Assembly (NCBI GenBank): GCA_950097015.1
Contig: CATNEN010000001.1
Coordinates: 9,734,001 to 9,798,000 of the forward strand
Origin: Macrostomum hystrix
Taxonomy: Eukaryota > Animalia > Platyhelminthes
DNA: 64,000 bases
Direction of reading: 5' to 3'
The translations under genes were made by a program, and so were the position numbers. Under the pieces are notes generated by a model. The model was given only the letters and a program-made list of their open reading frames with translations. It searched no databases and had not been told where the DNA came from. Within the stretch, counting starts at the first letter, position 1. Each line of letters opens with the position of its first letter. Positions 63,301 to 64,000 of the stretch are shown piece after piece.

Positions 63301-63967
63301 GCCCGCTAGAAGGCTAAAGCTTCTTCTTCATATTTACTGATAAGTGCATGGTTTGGCGGAAAATGTTGGCCGATGTCGCCAGGACGCAGAGCTGGTCGCT
63401 GGGACAAAGCACATTCCGGTTGCATCAAGATTTTCACTATGGAATCTTGGAAAAGGGGACCTAACACTGCTTTATGCACGTCGCGTCCTAAATATCATGA
63501 TGAAGCCGACATCATATATAGTTAAGAGATTCTGTGCGACTAATTTCGAAAAATGTAATTGTATTTTTTTAATTAGAATTTTCAGCGCACTGTTTTGTTT
63601 GTAGGACCATCGAGCAAAGTAAAGTAAATCATGAGATTATTTGCAGGTTAGTAGACACTATGCACATATGCCAGCTACGAATCATATGTATGGCTTACGC
63701 ATTGTAAATAACATTTCGGTAATTTTGGACGTCATAAAACTAATCGCTGTGAACTTAAGCACATGCTCGAAACTGGAAATTGCAGCTGAAATTCTCCCGC
63801 AAAAAATGCCGGAATGTCAAAGTAATGTCACCTTTGACACATGAGGACTAAAAATCATTATTTATCAGTAGTTATACTAGTATATATAAGACGAATTATT
63901 AGACCTAAAAATCTTCATATATCGATAAAAAATATTCACACGTTTTCCAAAGTTGTGACTTAGCAAA

Positions 63968-64000
63968 ATGAAAAGCTTGTTGCTCGTCTTCCTCGTTGCC
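63968..64000 (+). CDS. Probable start of a secreted-protein gene cut by the window edge
   Basis: CAAAATG Kozak-like context, MKSLLLVFLVA signal-peptide-like start, TATATAAG ~80 bp upstream. Confidence 0.4.
   Translation, partial: MKSLLLVFLVA

Overview
Eukaryotic, invertebrate-animal genomic DNA with GT-AG introns; the style resembles a Macrostomum-type flatworm, but that is only a guess. I could build eight frame-consistent spliced gene models by hand: (1) a head-to-head ciliary pair, SPATA17 (-) and C2orf73/CIMIP6-like (+), sharing a 260-bp promoter with an RFX X-box; (2) a 5-HT1-like serotonin GPCR (-, 12855-36113) whose two introns and 3' flank hold about 14 different mini/microsatellite arrays; (3) a divergently transcribed ionotropic glutamate receptor-like gene with a long mucin-like (TTAAG)n N-terminal stalk, part of which is duplicated antisense inside the GPCR intron; (4) a secreted PAN + ALK/LTK-type glycine-rich protein with no TM or kinase; (5) three i-type lysozyme/destabilase paralogues, two of which lack the catalytic Glu. 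Mobile DNA includes about 10 copies of a tRNA-derived SINE, non-LTR fragments, a dead mariner, a dead Mag-like Gypsy element, a hAT end, and a Crypton-like element inserted in the Gypsy 3' LTR. Family assignments come from motifs I recognise, not from database searches, and repeat boundaries are approximate.
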